Notes: a model not told the origin generated them from the sequence alone. A stretch of 64,000 nucleotides of DNA from a virus (IMGVR_UViG_3300044627_001244:506-64505), one strand, 5' to 3'; shown: positions 47,408-56,542, numbered from the stretch's first letter. Made by a program: numbers and translations.

Positions 47408-48068
47408 CTTTTACCTCCTCATAGATTTCGCGATACTTAATAAACTCGCCAATGTATTCATCACGTTTTTTCACAAAGATTTGAGGTTCTTCGCTATCAA
47501 CGGCAATTACAATGACGATTCTAGGAACAGATACGCCTGTTCGTTCTTCATACATGACTGCATAAGCGGCACATTGCATGAAGTAATTGAGAATCCATTT
47601 TGCTTCTTTTGGTTTGCTTGCTGTCTTAAAATCGATGATGGATATCTTGCCATCAAATTCTGCAATACAGTCTACACGACCTGCAACTTTAAGATGATTG
47701 GAATAAAGTGGAATTTCTAGCGCATGAATATTGTTTACATACTGATCTAGAATTGGCTGAATAGACTTAAACATAACAAGAGCATCAGGCATAGTATTTC
47801 GTGCAAAGTCATCTTCATTGTTCAGATAATTTTCACAAAGTTTATGCACTCTGGTGCCCCGACCAGATGCTCTGGCAGACACTCGGTTTGCTTCTTCTTC
47901 ACCGACACGCTTTCGCCACTCAAGAATTTTATCCTTGCCGTGTTGGGAAGTAATAGTGGTAACTGAGGGGTATAGTAACCCCTCAGGTGTTTTATAAAAT
48001 CTCTTGCCGTTTACTGTTACAGTCTCAAGATCATAGTCAATGTCGCAACCTACATGTTTGAAATTCAC
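47400..48068 (-). CDS. PD-(D/E)XK exonuclease (Cas4/RecB-like)
   Basis: YPSVTTI, RGTRVH, AGRVDCIAE, IIDFKT, YFMQCAAYA; PhoH-adjacent as in many T4-like phages. Confidence 0.9.
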   Translation of the reverse strand: MNFKHVGCDIDYDLETVTVNGKRFYKTPEGLLYPSVTTITSQHGKDKILEWRKRVGEEEANRVSARASGRGTRVHKLCENYLNNEDDFARNTMPDALVMFKSIQPILDQYVNNIHALEIPLYSNHLKVAGRVDCIAEFDGKISIIDFKTASKPKEAKWILNYFMQCAAYAVMYEERTGVSVPRIVIVIAVDSEEPQIFVKKRDEYIGEFIKYREIYEEVKDE

Positions 48069-48098
48069 TTTGCATATTCCTATTTGTTTATCATATTT

Positions 48099-48890
48099 TT
48101 ATTTAGCAGTCTCCATAATGTCTTCGTATTGAAGTTTTGCTAGAATATAGTCTTTCACTAAAGAAGAACGCACAATGTCATCCACAGTAAACTCAATTCG
48201 CGTGAATGCATTCATGTGTTGTGCAATGTCAAAGAATTTGAGAATGCCACTCATGTCGTTTTTCTTTTTGTTTAAGTCTGTCTGGCGGTAATCACCGCAC
48301 CAAATAATCTTGGAACGATAACCAACGCGAGTCATAACGGTGTCGATTTCTTCGTATGTTAGGTTTTGCATTTCATCAACGATAATGATTGCATCATCGA
48401 AACTCATACCACGAATGAATGATGTGGAGATGAATTCGATGAATCCTTGTTCTTCTAATCTTTGGTATGCATCGGGTCGACCAAATAACGTATGACAAAT
48501 TTGTTGATAGGGTTGGCGATAGATTTCAGTCTTTTCATCTAGATCACCAGGTAAGTGTCCAACTTCTCTTGACGGTACAGCGGAACGAACAATAATAATT
48601 TTGTTGAATGGATTTGATTTGTCTAAAACTTCTTCAAGTGCTTTGTATAAGGCGCAAAATGTTTTACCTGTTCCTGCAACTCCATGTAATGCTATAAAAT
48701 AATCTCCTCTTTTGTATGCGTCAAAGAATGATTTTTGATTTGACGTAAGAGGCGCGAATGTTTTTAAATCGTCTATCCTGACCTTTAGGCTATTGTTTAT
48801 GGATTTTAATTTTGCAGTTCTATCACTAGATTCATGATGATGTTCTGTATTTGCTGGTTCTTTTAACAGAGCCGCAGATTTTCTAGCCAT
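48099..48890 (-). CDS. phoH: PhoH-family ATPase
   Basis: GVAGTGKT, GHLPG, FIRGMSF, IIVDEMQN, GDYRQTD, DIVRS. Confidence 0.94.
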   Translation of the reverse strand: MARKSAALLKEPANTEHHHESSDRTAKLKSINNSLKVRIDDLKTFAPLTSNQKSFFDAYKRGDYFIALHGVAGTGKTFCALYKALEEVLDKSNPFNKIIIVRSAVPSREVGHLPGDLDEKTEIYRQPYQQICHTLFGRPDAYQRLEEQGFIEFISTSFIRGMSFDDAIIIVDEMQNLTYEEIDTVMTRVGYRSKIIWCGDYRQTDLNKKKNDMSGILKFFDIAQHMNAFTRIEFTVDDIVRSSLVKDYILAKLQYEDIMETAK

Positions 48891-48925
48891 GTAAGTTTCC
48901 TTTTGTTGGTTTACACAGCCCCATC

Positions 48926-49162
48926 TCAGAATGTATTAACATTTCCCCTTGGATGTGCTTCCTTTGCTTTTGCAAGAACTTCACGGAAGCCGTTATCGGG
49001 CTTCCTTATTCCTAGACGAATTGGATCACCAATTGATGGAGCGCCCGTAATCAAAGTCTCATATTGAGGGTTGTCTTTCAAGAATTCTTCCCTCGCACTA
49101 ATGCTCATTATTTTATCGTATGTCTCGCCAGTTTCTTTATTATGAAATGTATAAGTCGGCAT
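48926..49162 (-). CDS. FmdB-like small protein
   Basis: MPTYTF.N..TGE pattern, usually upstream of phoH in T4-like phages. Confidence 0.6.
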   Translation of the reverse strand: MPTYTFHNKETGETYDKIMSISAREEFLKDNPQYETLITGAPSIGDPIRLGIRKPDNGFREVLAKAKEAHPRGNVNTF

Positions 49163-49733
49163 GTTCTTCAAGTCCTTCAGTAAACCAATTGGGAATTTCG
49201 CGTTTTGTCCATTTCGCGAAACTTACTTTCTTATCTATGTAGTATTTATGATAGGACGCTACGGAATCGCCTGCAATTTTACATTCATCTGGCATTGCTG
49301 GCGTTGGTTCGGTGAATGTTCCAATGGGAATATTTTTTGGTGGAACATACAAAACATCAATATACTTCTCACATGCGTGGCGCTTACCATAACGATGAGT
49401 ATATTCGGCTAACAGATGTAGCCACATTTTCAGAAGCCAAGTATAATTCTCTTTGCTTGCACGAACCCAAATGTTTGATGGATGATTGATATGGGATGCC
49501 CGCATTAGACCTGTATTGAATTTTTCATCGGGATGACGCCAGACTTTGAGGTGACGCCAACGTGCAGGTAGAGAACCTGCAACATATCGCTTTTCTATAT
49601 CTTGAACACCATCAAGCAACCTATGTGCAGTAGACATAAGTTGTGCATATTCGATGATCATTTTTACAACGTGCTTGTCGCAATGCATTTCCGCACAAGC
49701 CTTTGGGTTGTTGTCAAGATAAAATATATTCAT
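49140..49733 (-). CDS. Pyrimidine-dimer DNA glycosylase (DenV-like)
   Basis: MNIFYLD, HCDKHVVKM..EYAQL.STAH, H.NHPS.IW, EYTHRYGK.H, AMPDE.K. Confidence 0.85.
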   Translation of the reverse strand: MNIFYLDNNPKACAEMHCDKHVVKMIIEYAQLMSTAHRLLDGVQDIEKRYVAGSLPARWRHLKVWRHPDEKFNTGLMRASHINHPSNIWVRASKENYTWLLKMWLHLLAEYTHRYGKRHACEKYIDVLYVPPKNIPIGTFTEPTPAMPDECKIAGDSVASYHKYYIDKKVSFAKWTKREIPNWFTEGLEEHADLYIS

Positions 49734-49882
49734 TTAAAATCCAAGTTGAACCATTGCGCCAGCAAAGTTTATTGCACTAACAAATATCATGAACCAGCCA
49801 AGAACATTTCGCTTGTCTTCAAATGCAGTAATAGAAGACTTCCATGCCCACCAGGAAAAGAATATGTTGAGTGCGGCAAATA

Positions 49883-50104
49883 TCATAACATTTCCTCAGA
49901 AACTTGCTTCTTACCAAACTCTTTATTCGTATAGTATTCTAGCAGTCTTCGTTCAATATAACCAACAACAATTCCGTAGTGTGGCGCACGGAATCTGTAT
50001 TCACATCCGTGCCATGACCGATTGTTTCTCAGGTATTGATCATACGCTTTTCGATGTTTTCTGTTTGTTGCATCAAATAAAACTTCACTTCGTACCGTCA
50101 GCAT
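49883..50104 (-). CDS. Hypothetical protein
   Basis: 73-aa ORF downstream of a sigma70 promoter. Confidence 0.65.
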   Translation of the reverse strand: MLTVRSEVLFDATNRKHRKAYDQYLRNNRSWHGCEYRFRAPHYGIVVGYIERRLLEYYTNKEFGKKQVSEEML

Positions 50105-50190
50105 CTTCGATCTCTTTCAAAAACTTAAAATGTAATGTTAAAATGTCCACCGCTCATTTTTTATTCCATTCAGAATGATGACCTTTGTTC

Positions 50191-50219
50191 ATTATAACAC
50201 CATGCCATATCATTGTCAA
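50191..50219 (-). promoter_or_regulatory. Sigma70-type early promoter
   Basis: TTGACA-N17-TATAAT, immediately after hairpin AAGCCACTCGG...CCGAGTGGCTT. Confidence 0.85.
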
Positions 50220-50272
50220 AGCCACTCGGATTTGCCGAGTGGCTTGTTGTAAGTAATAACGCCGATATGTTT

Positions 50273-50764
50273 TCATGACACTATTGCAACGGCATCCAAT
50301 AATTGGCGTTTGGTATCTTCAATGTTTACATGATGAATGCCAGTGCCGCCAGCCTTGTTGAACGCTTCAATCACATCAAACGTATCGTCAATGAGAATTG
50401 TATTTGCGTTTGCATATGAAGACTTTAGCCTACGACCAGGAACAACGTTCGGTAGATAATGAATATCATTCTTTTTCAGCCAAACAAGTTTTTGTTCTCG
50501 CACACTAAGGTGAAACTTTTCACCACCAGAGGAGGTTAGCATTTCAATATGCAAGTTTGGAATTGAACGCACAAATTCTAGTAGTTCTTTTCCATTTGGA
50601 TGCCAAGGCAGTTTTTCAAAATGGTGATTCCATATGAAACTTTTCCAGTCATCGCTAAATTCTTTTTTATCGCGAGACTGTAGTGGAGTCCGACCAAAGA
50701 GGCTGATCCAATGAGAATCAAAATCGCAAAGAACACCATCCATGTCAAGATATAAAGTTACCAT
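50273..50764 (-). CDS. HAD-family 5'(3')-deoxyribonucleotidase-like
   Basis: YLDMDGVLCDF, QKLVWL, ILIDD, AGGTGIH. Confidence 0.85.
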   Translation of the reverse strand: MVTLYLDMDGVLCDFDSHWISLFGRTPLQSRDKKEFSDDWKSFIWNHHFEKLPWHPNGKELLEFVRSIPNLHIEMLTSSGGEKFHLSVREQKLVWLKKNDIHYLPNVVPGRRLKSSYANANTILIDDTFDVIEAFNKAGGTGIHHVNIEDTKRQLLDAVAIVS

Positions 50765-50866
50765 GTAAGACTCACCGTGAACACAAAAAGAACGGTAATA
50801 GCAAGGAGAGCAAATGCAATGCTCTCCATAAAGGGGGCTAGAGAAAACATAATATTTTTCAATTTG

Positions 50867-51042
50867 TCAAACATCAGACATCCTATTAATCAAGTCATTC
50901 ATTACAGGTTCAACATGAAAAGAAGGCTGGCGCGTCATCGCACAAACATAATTAATTGCATCCGCGCCAGTCAAATCCATGTCCCACGCTTCGAAAATAA
51001 ACTTCTCTATTTCCCTAACTAGACTTTCATCTAGTATATCCA
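50867..51042 (-). CDS. Hypothetical protein
   Basis: Likely starts at MDILDESLVRE after an AAGGA RBS, within the track ORF 50867..51142. Confidence 0.55.
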
Positions 51043-51056
51043 TTTCAATTTCCTTA

Positions 51057-51527
51057 TTAGGCAACTCCACGCACATATGCGCTTGCATACGAACGATCTT
51101 CAAAATCGGTGATATCGGTATCGATAGCATCAAGAACATCAACAGGACCAGCCTTCATTGAACGTTCGTCCGCATCAATATCAACCGCAGGCTTTACAGT
51201 CTTGGTTGCTTTAGCAACCTTGGGAGTAATAGCCTTAGTAGCCTTAGGGGTAGAAACTGTCTTTACTGACTTAGCCTTGGCGACCTTGGAAGCAGTAGCC
51301 TTTGCAACAGGCGCAGTACCAGAACCAACAAGTTCATACGATACAACGGCGCGACCATCACGAACGGCAACAACTTCGAAGCCAGTATTTTTCTTGATCT
51401 CCCACAGATAAGTGGAAAGTCGAGTCGGAATAATTCCGCTTAGACCTTTAATGGTCGAAACAGAAACGGGACCCTTTGCATTTTGCAGGGCTTCAAACAC
51501 TTTAACATATTGCAGAGATTTACTCAT
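51057..51527 (-). CDS. Hypothetical early protein, HTH-like N-terminus and Lys/Ala-rich linker
   Basis: RLSTYLWEIKK segment then AKATASKVAKAK...PKATKAITPKVAKATK; own promoter and AAGGA RBS. Confidence 0.7.
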   Translation of the reverse strand: MSKSLQYVKVFEALQNAKGPVSVSTIKGLSGIIPTRLSTYLWEIKKNTGFEVVAVRDGRAVVSYELVGSGTAPVAKATASKVAKAKSVKTVSTPKATKAITPKVAKATKTVKPAVDIDADERSMKAGPVDVLDAIDTDITDFEDRSYASAYVRGVA

Positions 51528-51566
51528 AATAAAATTTCCTTTCAGAGATAATTAACCAACAAAACA

Positions 51567-51595
51567 ATGATAACACAATACCAACACAATGTCAA
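51567..51595 (-). promoter_or_regulatory. Sigma70-type early promoter
   Basis: TTGACA-N17-TATCAT. Confidence 0.75.
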
Positions 51596-52020
51596 GCGGT
51601 AAGCATGTAAGGCTTGTTCCACTTGCCAATGTTCACACTAACGTAGTAAGCGGTGTTGAAATAATCAACCATCGCATCACTTTCGTCATACCAATCAGCA
51701 CCCTTTAACGCACGGAAGGCTTCTGTCAAAAACGTCTTAGCCTTGCCGGTAAAATGGTCCTGAAACCAATAAGGATTTACATCAACCGATTGATTTTTCC
51801 GAATGTATGCAACTTGATCTTCGGAAAAATGATTTGCGTAGGGCTTCTCCGCATCGGTCTTGATATAATTTTCAACAAAATCGATTGAACCAGACTTCAC
51901 GGTCAACACGATTGTGGAATGATTATTGACGGACAGAGAACCTTTCACGCCATACTTAGCCATGATGGGTTTCAACAGAGCCGCAATCTTCGCTTTCTTT
52001 TCTTGATTCATATAAGCCAT
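51592..52020 (-). CDS. Conserved phage hypothetical protein (possibly LPD29-like)
   Basis: WYDESDAMVDYFNTAYY motif; AAGGA RBS. Confidence 0.7.
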   Translation of the reverse strand: MAYMNQEKKAKIAALLKPIMAKYGVKGSLSVNNHSTIVLTVKSGSIDFVENYIKTDAEKPYANHFSEDQVAYIRKNQSVDVNPYWFQDHFTGKAKTFLTEAFRALKGADWYDESDAMVDYFNTAYYVSVNIGKWNKPYMLTA

Positions 52021-52160
52021 GACAAATATCCTTTCAATTAACCGAGAGTGGTAACGGAGTCACTAACAGCGGCGCCGAACAGCACCATCGCAGAGAACAC
52101 ACCAACTAGAATCATCAAAATCGTCAACATTTCACACCTCTTTTCTCACTCAACAAGGAT

Positions 52161-52237
52161 AGTATACCTCAGGTGGTGGGTATTGTCAAGGGTTTTTTCA
52201 ACTTTTTTTCAACTATTTTTGTTGTATTTTTGCAACA
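52161..52237 (-). promoter_or_regulatory. Early promoter with upstream TGTTG-N8-CAACA palindrome
   Basis: TTGACA(52189-52184)-N17-TATACT(52166-52161); palindrome 52220-52237. Confidence 0.85.
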
Positions 52238-52355
52238 AAAACAGCAACTTAGGGGGCGGTTTAGGGCGGTTTTCCGTATGAGGGTCATATCAGAGTAGCA
52301 CCCCACCCCCAAAAGCCGCCCAAAAGCCTGGAAAACCGGTCTTCCATAGCCGCTT

Positions 52356-52604
52356 TCAGTCCCCAAACCTACGAATCGAGCCGAAATCGTCATAAGTTAG
52401 TAAGCACTCACTTACTTCGGCTTCCCGTTCGGCATCCGCAATTTCACGGAGTTCAGCATTTACATCATCAATCCAAGCGCCACTCTCAAGCCACTCGCGG
52501 TATTCAAGTTCGGCTTGGTATGCAAGGTAACCGGAATCTTCCTCGCAGGTGATATCATCAAAGTCATCAAATGCCGCCATCATCTTCTCCAATGTCGATT
52601 TCAT
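52356..52604 (-). CDS. Acidic hypothetical protein
   Basis: ATG at 52604 lies 7 nt after a TTGACA-N17-TATACT promoter (52640-52612), so it is possibly leaderless. Confidence 0.6.
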   Translation of the reverse strand: MKSTLEKMMAAFDDFDDITCEEDSGYLAYQAELEYREWLESGAWIDDVNAELREIADAEREAEVSECLLTYDDFGSIRRFGD

Positions 52605-52617
52605 GATTGAAAGTATA

Positions 52618-52818
52618 TCAGAGAAACGATTCCATGTCAACATCAATTTTCTGAATGTTGCCGTCAGGCGACACTTCGAGAATCTTACCGAGAATCAGCC
52701 ACTCGTCCATCGGCATTTTTTGTTCGGTAAATTCATCAAGAAACTTTTTGCATTCCTGCAATGTTTCAAATTGTTTAGAACCGATCATATTTCGATCAAA
52801 AGGTTTAGCAATATACAT
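52618..52818 (-). CDS. Hypothetical protein
   Basis: GAGGA RBS, abuts upstream ORF. Confidence 0.6.
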   Translation of the reverse strand: MYIAKPFDRNMIGSKQFETLQECKKFLDEFTEQKMPMDEWLILGKILEVSPDGNIQKIDVDMESFL

Positions 52819-52819
52819 T

Positions 52820-53191
52820 TTAGTCCTCTACACAAAAATCTTTAAATTCTTCAAACGTTCCAGAGAACATTACATTGTCCGGATTCTTCACCACAACACG
52901 ATTTTCAAAAACGTGATATTCATATTCTTGCCAGCAGTCAGTATCGGTTACTGGATGAATGTAGAAGCCACCAACGCTTTTCTTAAAATGCGCGACCATT
53001 TGCGCGGCAAGACAACCCATGCCATTTGCAAGTTTAGGTTTCACTTCGCCGTAACCGTTTACGATTTCAAACCCACCTAAAAATTCAGCAAGTTCAAAAC
53101 CATGACCGGACGGATATCCATCGAATTGACGATATATGTTAATCACAGGCGTATCGCCTTCATACACAAAAGTTAAGCATCTAGTTCCCAT
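52820..53191 (-). CDS. Conserved phage hypothetical protein
   Basis: MGTR...YRQFDGYP.GHG, NGMGCLAAQ, EYEY. Confidence 0.75.
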   Translation of the reverse strand: MGTRCLTFVYEGDTPVINIYRQFDGYPSGHGFELAEFLGGFEIVNGYGEVKPKLANGMGCLAAQMVAHFKKSVGGFYIHPVTDTDCWQEYEYHVFENRVVVKNPDNVMFSGTFEEFKDFCVED

Positions 53192-53348
53192 TACACATTT
53201 TCCTTCATAGCATTAGCACCAGAATACATGATTGCAAGACCGAGAATAGAAAGCAACAAGCCTTCCAATAAATCAGCAGATTCAGTTTCAACACCACCAA
53301 CAGAACCGGCGACAATCAACAGACCAACAAAAAATCGAATCGAACCTT

Positions 53349-53555
53349 TCATGCAACCTCCCGTTCAGTTTCACGTTCCATAGCAGTCACTTCGCGGTCT
53401 AGTTTCAGCATGAAACTTTCCATAGCAGTCACTTCGCGGTCTTGTAATTCAGCACCAATCGCAAAGTAAATTTGTTCCAAAGTTGCACTAGGCAACGTAG
53501 ATATTGCGGAGAAAAAATCCTTCGCAACATCAGAGGTGGGCACCAACATCAACAT
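53349..53555 (-). CDS. Hypothetical protein with internal DREVTAME duplication
   Basis: 25-nt direct repeat at 53376-53400 and 53418-53442. Confidence 0.55.
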   Translation of the reverse strand: MLMLVPTSDVAKDFFSAISTLPSATLEQIYFAIGAELQDREVTAMESFMLKLDREVTAMERETEREVA

Positions 53556-53788
53556 TATACAGTCTCCATATTGCGTTTAGTCAAACGCTTCAATTGACGA
53601 ACAACATCTTCGGTCGAATCCAAGCGGTCAGCCGCTAGGGAAGTCAACATGGATTCGAGAACGCCGGCAAGACCAGCATAAGGCGAACCGTATTCGGCAC
53701 GGAGGACATCCTCATAGTCACGAATCGCATCGCGGATCATTGCAGACCGCGCAGACCGAGCATTCATTTCCTGCACAAATTTGTTCAT
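53555..53788 (-). CDS. Hypothetical protein
   Basis: Likely starts MNKFVQEM after AAAAGGA RBS, first gene behind an early promoter. Confidence 0.65.
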   Translation of the reverse strand: MNKFVQEMNARSARSAMIRDAIRDYEDVLRAEYGSPYAGLAGVLESMLTSLAADRLDSTEDVVRQLKRLTKRNMETV

Positions 53789-53818
53789 ATCAAATCCTTT
53801 TCTCACTTAACAGACTAC

Positions 53819-53902
53819 AGTATACCACACCCTCGGAGAATGTCAAGCACTATTTTCACGGTGTTGCATAAAAACAACATCGATGTTAGTAGACACTAAC
53901 TT
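53819..53902 (-). promoter_or_regulatory. Early promoter with two palindromic motifs
   Basis: TTGACA-N16-TATACT (53846-53819); TGTTG-N8-CAACA 53862-53879; GTTAGT-N4-ACTAAC motif within 53885-53902. Confidence 0.85.
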
Positions 53903-54123
53903 CATTCTTTATAGACAAGTGAGGATGTTCCGTCATATCGTGAAATATCCTCGTTCCATGAAGGAGGTTTCATGCATTCAAAATGCAACACATCACGCCC
54001 TTGAATATCTTCCTCAACATTCAGAACCTCAACCTCATCGGTGTAATGCCAGTCACTACACCACTCACAATAAACCTTATAACGGCTCTCCGCCATCATT
54101 CGCTTACTCTGAAAGCCTGTCAT
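53902..54123 (-). CDS. Hypothetical protein (possible Zn ribbon)
   Basis: CEWC, NVEEDIQGRD..HFEC. Confidence 0.65.
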   Translation of the reverse strand: MTGFQSKRMMAESRYKVYCEWCSDWHYTDEVEVLNVEEDIQGRDVLHFECMKPPSWNEDISRYDGTSSLVYKE

Positions 54124-54347
54124 TATCGCTCCAAAATAAAATGATCACCAAGATACAAATCAAAAGTTTTTATTAGGTGTTCATAGTCACCTTTTTTCAT
54201 TTCTTCGCAAATCGATTCACCCAATTCATGTGCGCCGGACCGTGCGAAAGTTTTCTTTACAACGGCAAGCAAATAGAATGCATTACCTTGCGGACCAGCC
54301 AGGTCAATTACAATCTTATCCTGTTTTTGTTTCTTTCGAATTGTCAT
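54123..54347 (-). CDS. Conserved phage hypothetical protein
   Basis: IDLAGPQGNAFYL...EM..GDYEHL..FD; start likely MTIRKK. Confidence 0.7.
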   Translation of the reverse strand: MTIRKKQKQDKIVIDLAGPQGNAFYLLAVVKKTFARSGAHELGESICEEMKKGDYEHLIKTFDLYLGDHFILER

Positions 54348-54348
54348 A

Positions 54349-54546
54349 TCAACCCCAATCCTTTTGTGCGCCACCAGCATTGTAGCCAGCAGTATATTCT
54401 ACAATTTGTTGTGCAGTCATGTTAGCCAATTCAACCCGGTCACTTGAATAGGTATCGCCAACATAATAATGTGGTTCATATGATCTACCATAATAGTAAT
54501 CAGCACCACCGCGGTCAAAGGGACCGCCATGTCTATTGTCATACAT
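54349..54546 (-). CDS. Conserved phage hypothetical protein
   Basis: RHGGPFDRGGADYYYGR...PHY, KDWG. Confidence 0.7.
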   Translation of the reverse strand: MYDNRHGGPFDRGGADYYYGRSYEPHYYVGDTYSSDRVELANMTAQQIVEYTAGYNAGGAQKDWG

Positions 54547-54681
54547 TTTGAATTTCCTTCACTTCATTCAATACATCATTTGTCACAATCACGCCACCGT
54601 AAAGATTCTGATACATTTCTGCCATTGATTGAATGTAGAATTGCATTATCTTTCCGTTTCGCATTATCAGAGTATATTGCA

Positions 54682-55431
54682 TCAAGCCGCCATCAACATA
54701 ATAGTAGGATATTTCACAAAACCAGTGGTGTCTTTTTTTGCTTTGCCTTTTGCATACAAACCAACCACAACACCTTTAGGGTCAAGGAAACGCAAATCAG
54801 ATTCGTCACCATTGAAAACTGGCATACCCATGTAAGTCTCGGGCATTGGCAAAGTTTTCTTAATACCGAATACTGTAGCAACATTGTAACCTTGTTGAAT
54901 TGCTTTAGCAACATCGGAATCATTGCCATCAGCCGCTGAGAATGTCAGGTGATAGTTAGCGATATCAACAACCTTACGACCAAGAATCTTGGTGTAGTCA
55001 TAGAATTGGACTTCTGGGAATGCGGCAAACATGTTACGAAACAATTGACCGTTACGAACAACCTCATACTTTTCGAATGCAAGGTCGGAAGTGCCATTCA
55101 AACGGAACACAGGAATCAGGTTCATCCGTTTGCTTTGCTTAATTGCTAATTCAATATCAGCAACCAGCAGGTTCATAAATTGAATACGGTTTTCGAAAAA
55201 CATTTTAGTCTTACGAATGCGGGCTTGTTGAATAACGTTAGTGGTTTCGCCACGCTTAAACATACCACCGCGACCAGCGAGGTTCAAACAAGCGGCGGTA
55301 CATCCAGCGGTACGCTTGGCGCAAGTTTCATAACCACTCAAATTTGCAGGCGCAAGGTGCAGAATGTAGGTATTGTAACCTTGTGACATTCCTTTAAGAA
55401 TCTTGGGATTACCTGTAGAAAGCAGTTTCAT
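54682..55431 (-). CDS. GP88-family protein (Cys-rich, radical-SAM-like motif)
   Basis: C-x6-C-x3-C (CAKRTAGCTAAC), RLNGTSD, QFYDYTK, YHLTFS, GDESDLRFLD, GLYAKG. Confidence 0.75.
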   Translation of the reverse strand: MKLLSTGNPKILKGMSQGYNTYILHLAPANLSGYETCAKRTAGCTAACLNLAGRGGMFKRGETTNVIQQARIRKTKMFFENRIQFMNLLVADIELAIKQSKRMNLIPVFRLNGTSDLAFEKYEVVRNGQLFRNMFAAFPEVQFYDYTKILGRKVVDIANYHLTFSAADGNDSDVAKAIQQGYNVATVFGIKKTLPMPETYMGMPVFNGDESDLRFLDPKGVVVGLYAKGKAKKDTTGFVKYPTIMLMAA

Positions 55432-55462
55432 ATTTCAGTCCTTTTCTCAATCAACAGTACCT

Positions 55463-55543
55463 ATTATACACGATTCCTACCACCTGTCAACAACTATTTT
55501 AAATGTTGTTTTTATGCAACACTTAGTAAGTAAGCACTAACTT
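55463..55543 (-). promoter_or_regulatory. Early promoter with two palindromic motifs
   Basis: TTGACA-N16-TATAAT (55490-55463); TGTTG-N8-CAACA 55504-55521; TAAGCACTAACTT motif 55531-55543. Confidence 0.85.
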
Positions 55544-55712
55544 ACGAAAACATACGGCGACCATCAATCATAAACCGTTCAAAGGCTTCCATGACCTTTT
55601 CAGAGTAAATCATCTTACCATGCTTTTGGATATCTTGCAATAATTCCAAGAAACCCATGCCCAAAAATTGACGTTCTTTTTCTAAGACACCAATTGCAGT
55701 TTCGATTTTCAT
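55542..55712 (-). CDS. Hypothetical protein
   Basis: Likely starts MKIETAIG after AAGGA RBS, within the track ORF. Confidence 0.6.
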   Translation of the reverse strand: MKIETAIGVLEKERQFLGMGFLELLQDIQKHGKMIYSEKVMEAFERFMIDGRRMFS

Positions 55713-55903
55713 TTTGTTTTCCTTAATCAAAAAAGTTGCCAGACTGATATGAAAACGCATTCTGACCAGCATCAGCCCAAGCCATAGGATGCAAATCCAA
55801 CTTATCAATCACTTGACGATTGCACATTTCCATCGCGTTAAGTTTAGACTCTGCGACAAATTCATAAACATCTTTACCAACATAAAATTTGTATGTAATC
55901 ATA

Positions 55904-56140
55904 TTAAGCACCATAAAAGTCAGAAGTAAAACCACAAGCATTGTAGACACATTCCCGAACCGCGGTGTCCATTGCTTCGCCAAACATATCTGGATTTGAA
56001 TTAGCCAACACTCGCAAACACTTGTAAGTTTGTGGCCATGTCAGGTTCATTGTAATAGCAGTAACAACAACACCGTGAACGGCTAAGTTGCCAACTTCGC
56101 TAAACATTGAGTAAGAGATATCATTTGTCAATGTAGTCAT
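55904..56140 (-). CDS. Conserved phage hypothetical protein
   Basis: YSMFSEVGN, EAMDTAVRECVY; AAGGA RBS. Confidence 0.7.
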   Translation of the reverse strand: MTTLTNDISYSMFSEVGNLAVHGVVVTAITMNLTWPQTYKCLRVLANSNPDMFGEAMDTAVRECVYNACGFTSDFYGA

Positions 56141-56149
56141 TTTATTTCC

Positions 56150-56404
56150 TTAAATCAAATCAATCTGAACTTGCATACCGCGGGTTGTATAACCCAAACC
56201 AACCGGAATCAAATCACCAGTCTTTTCAGCGGTGCGGCGCATATAAGCCAACTTCAACAACGCATCACAAGCCGCGGCACTATGGCTAGCGGTTGCAAAG
56301 GTTTCACAAACACCACCTACTGTAGTGTAGACACCGAATCCTTCAAACATCACACGAATCTTTTGTGAATTTTTGAAGCCGTCAATAAAAGTTTTGGTAC
56401 GCAT
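56150..56404 (-). CDS. Hypothetical early protein
   Basis: First ORF behind an early promoter; GAGGA RBS. Confidence 0.7.
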   Translation of the reverse strand: MRTKTFIDGFKNSQKIRVMFEGFGVYTTVGGVCETFATASHSAAACDALLKLAYMRRTAEKTGDLIPVGLGYTTRGMQVQIDLI

Positions 56405-56438
56405 TAGAATTTCCTCTTAATCTCAATCAACAAAGTCT

Positions 56439-56508
56439 ATTCTACACGTTCCTAGGTAATTGTCAAGGGTTTTCCACAAAAAAATGGGGATGTTGCACAA
56501 AAACAACA
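56439..56508 (-). promoter_or_regulatory. Early promoter with upstream palindrome
   Basis: TTGACA-N16-TAGAAT (56466-56439); TGTTG-N8-CAACA 56491-56508, flanked by GGGG/CCCC so it may also act as a terminator hairpin. Confidence 0.82.
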
Positions 56509-56542
56509 CCCCCAACCCTTAATTTTACTACTTTTATGTTAG

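Noticed and set aside
47400-48068. Cas4-like nuclease as part of a CRISPR system
   Set aside because: No repeat-spacer array or other cas genes. This exonuclease is a usual phoH neighbour in T4-like phages.
52169-52393. 74-aa track ORF and the GC-rich tract at ~52250-52345 as a gene or origin
   Set aside because: The ORF runs across a promoter and operator and lacks an RBS. The tract has only weak complementarity (GGGCGG/CCGCCC), which is insufficient to call a function.
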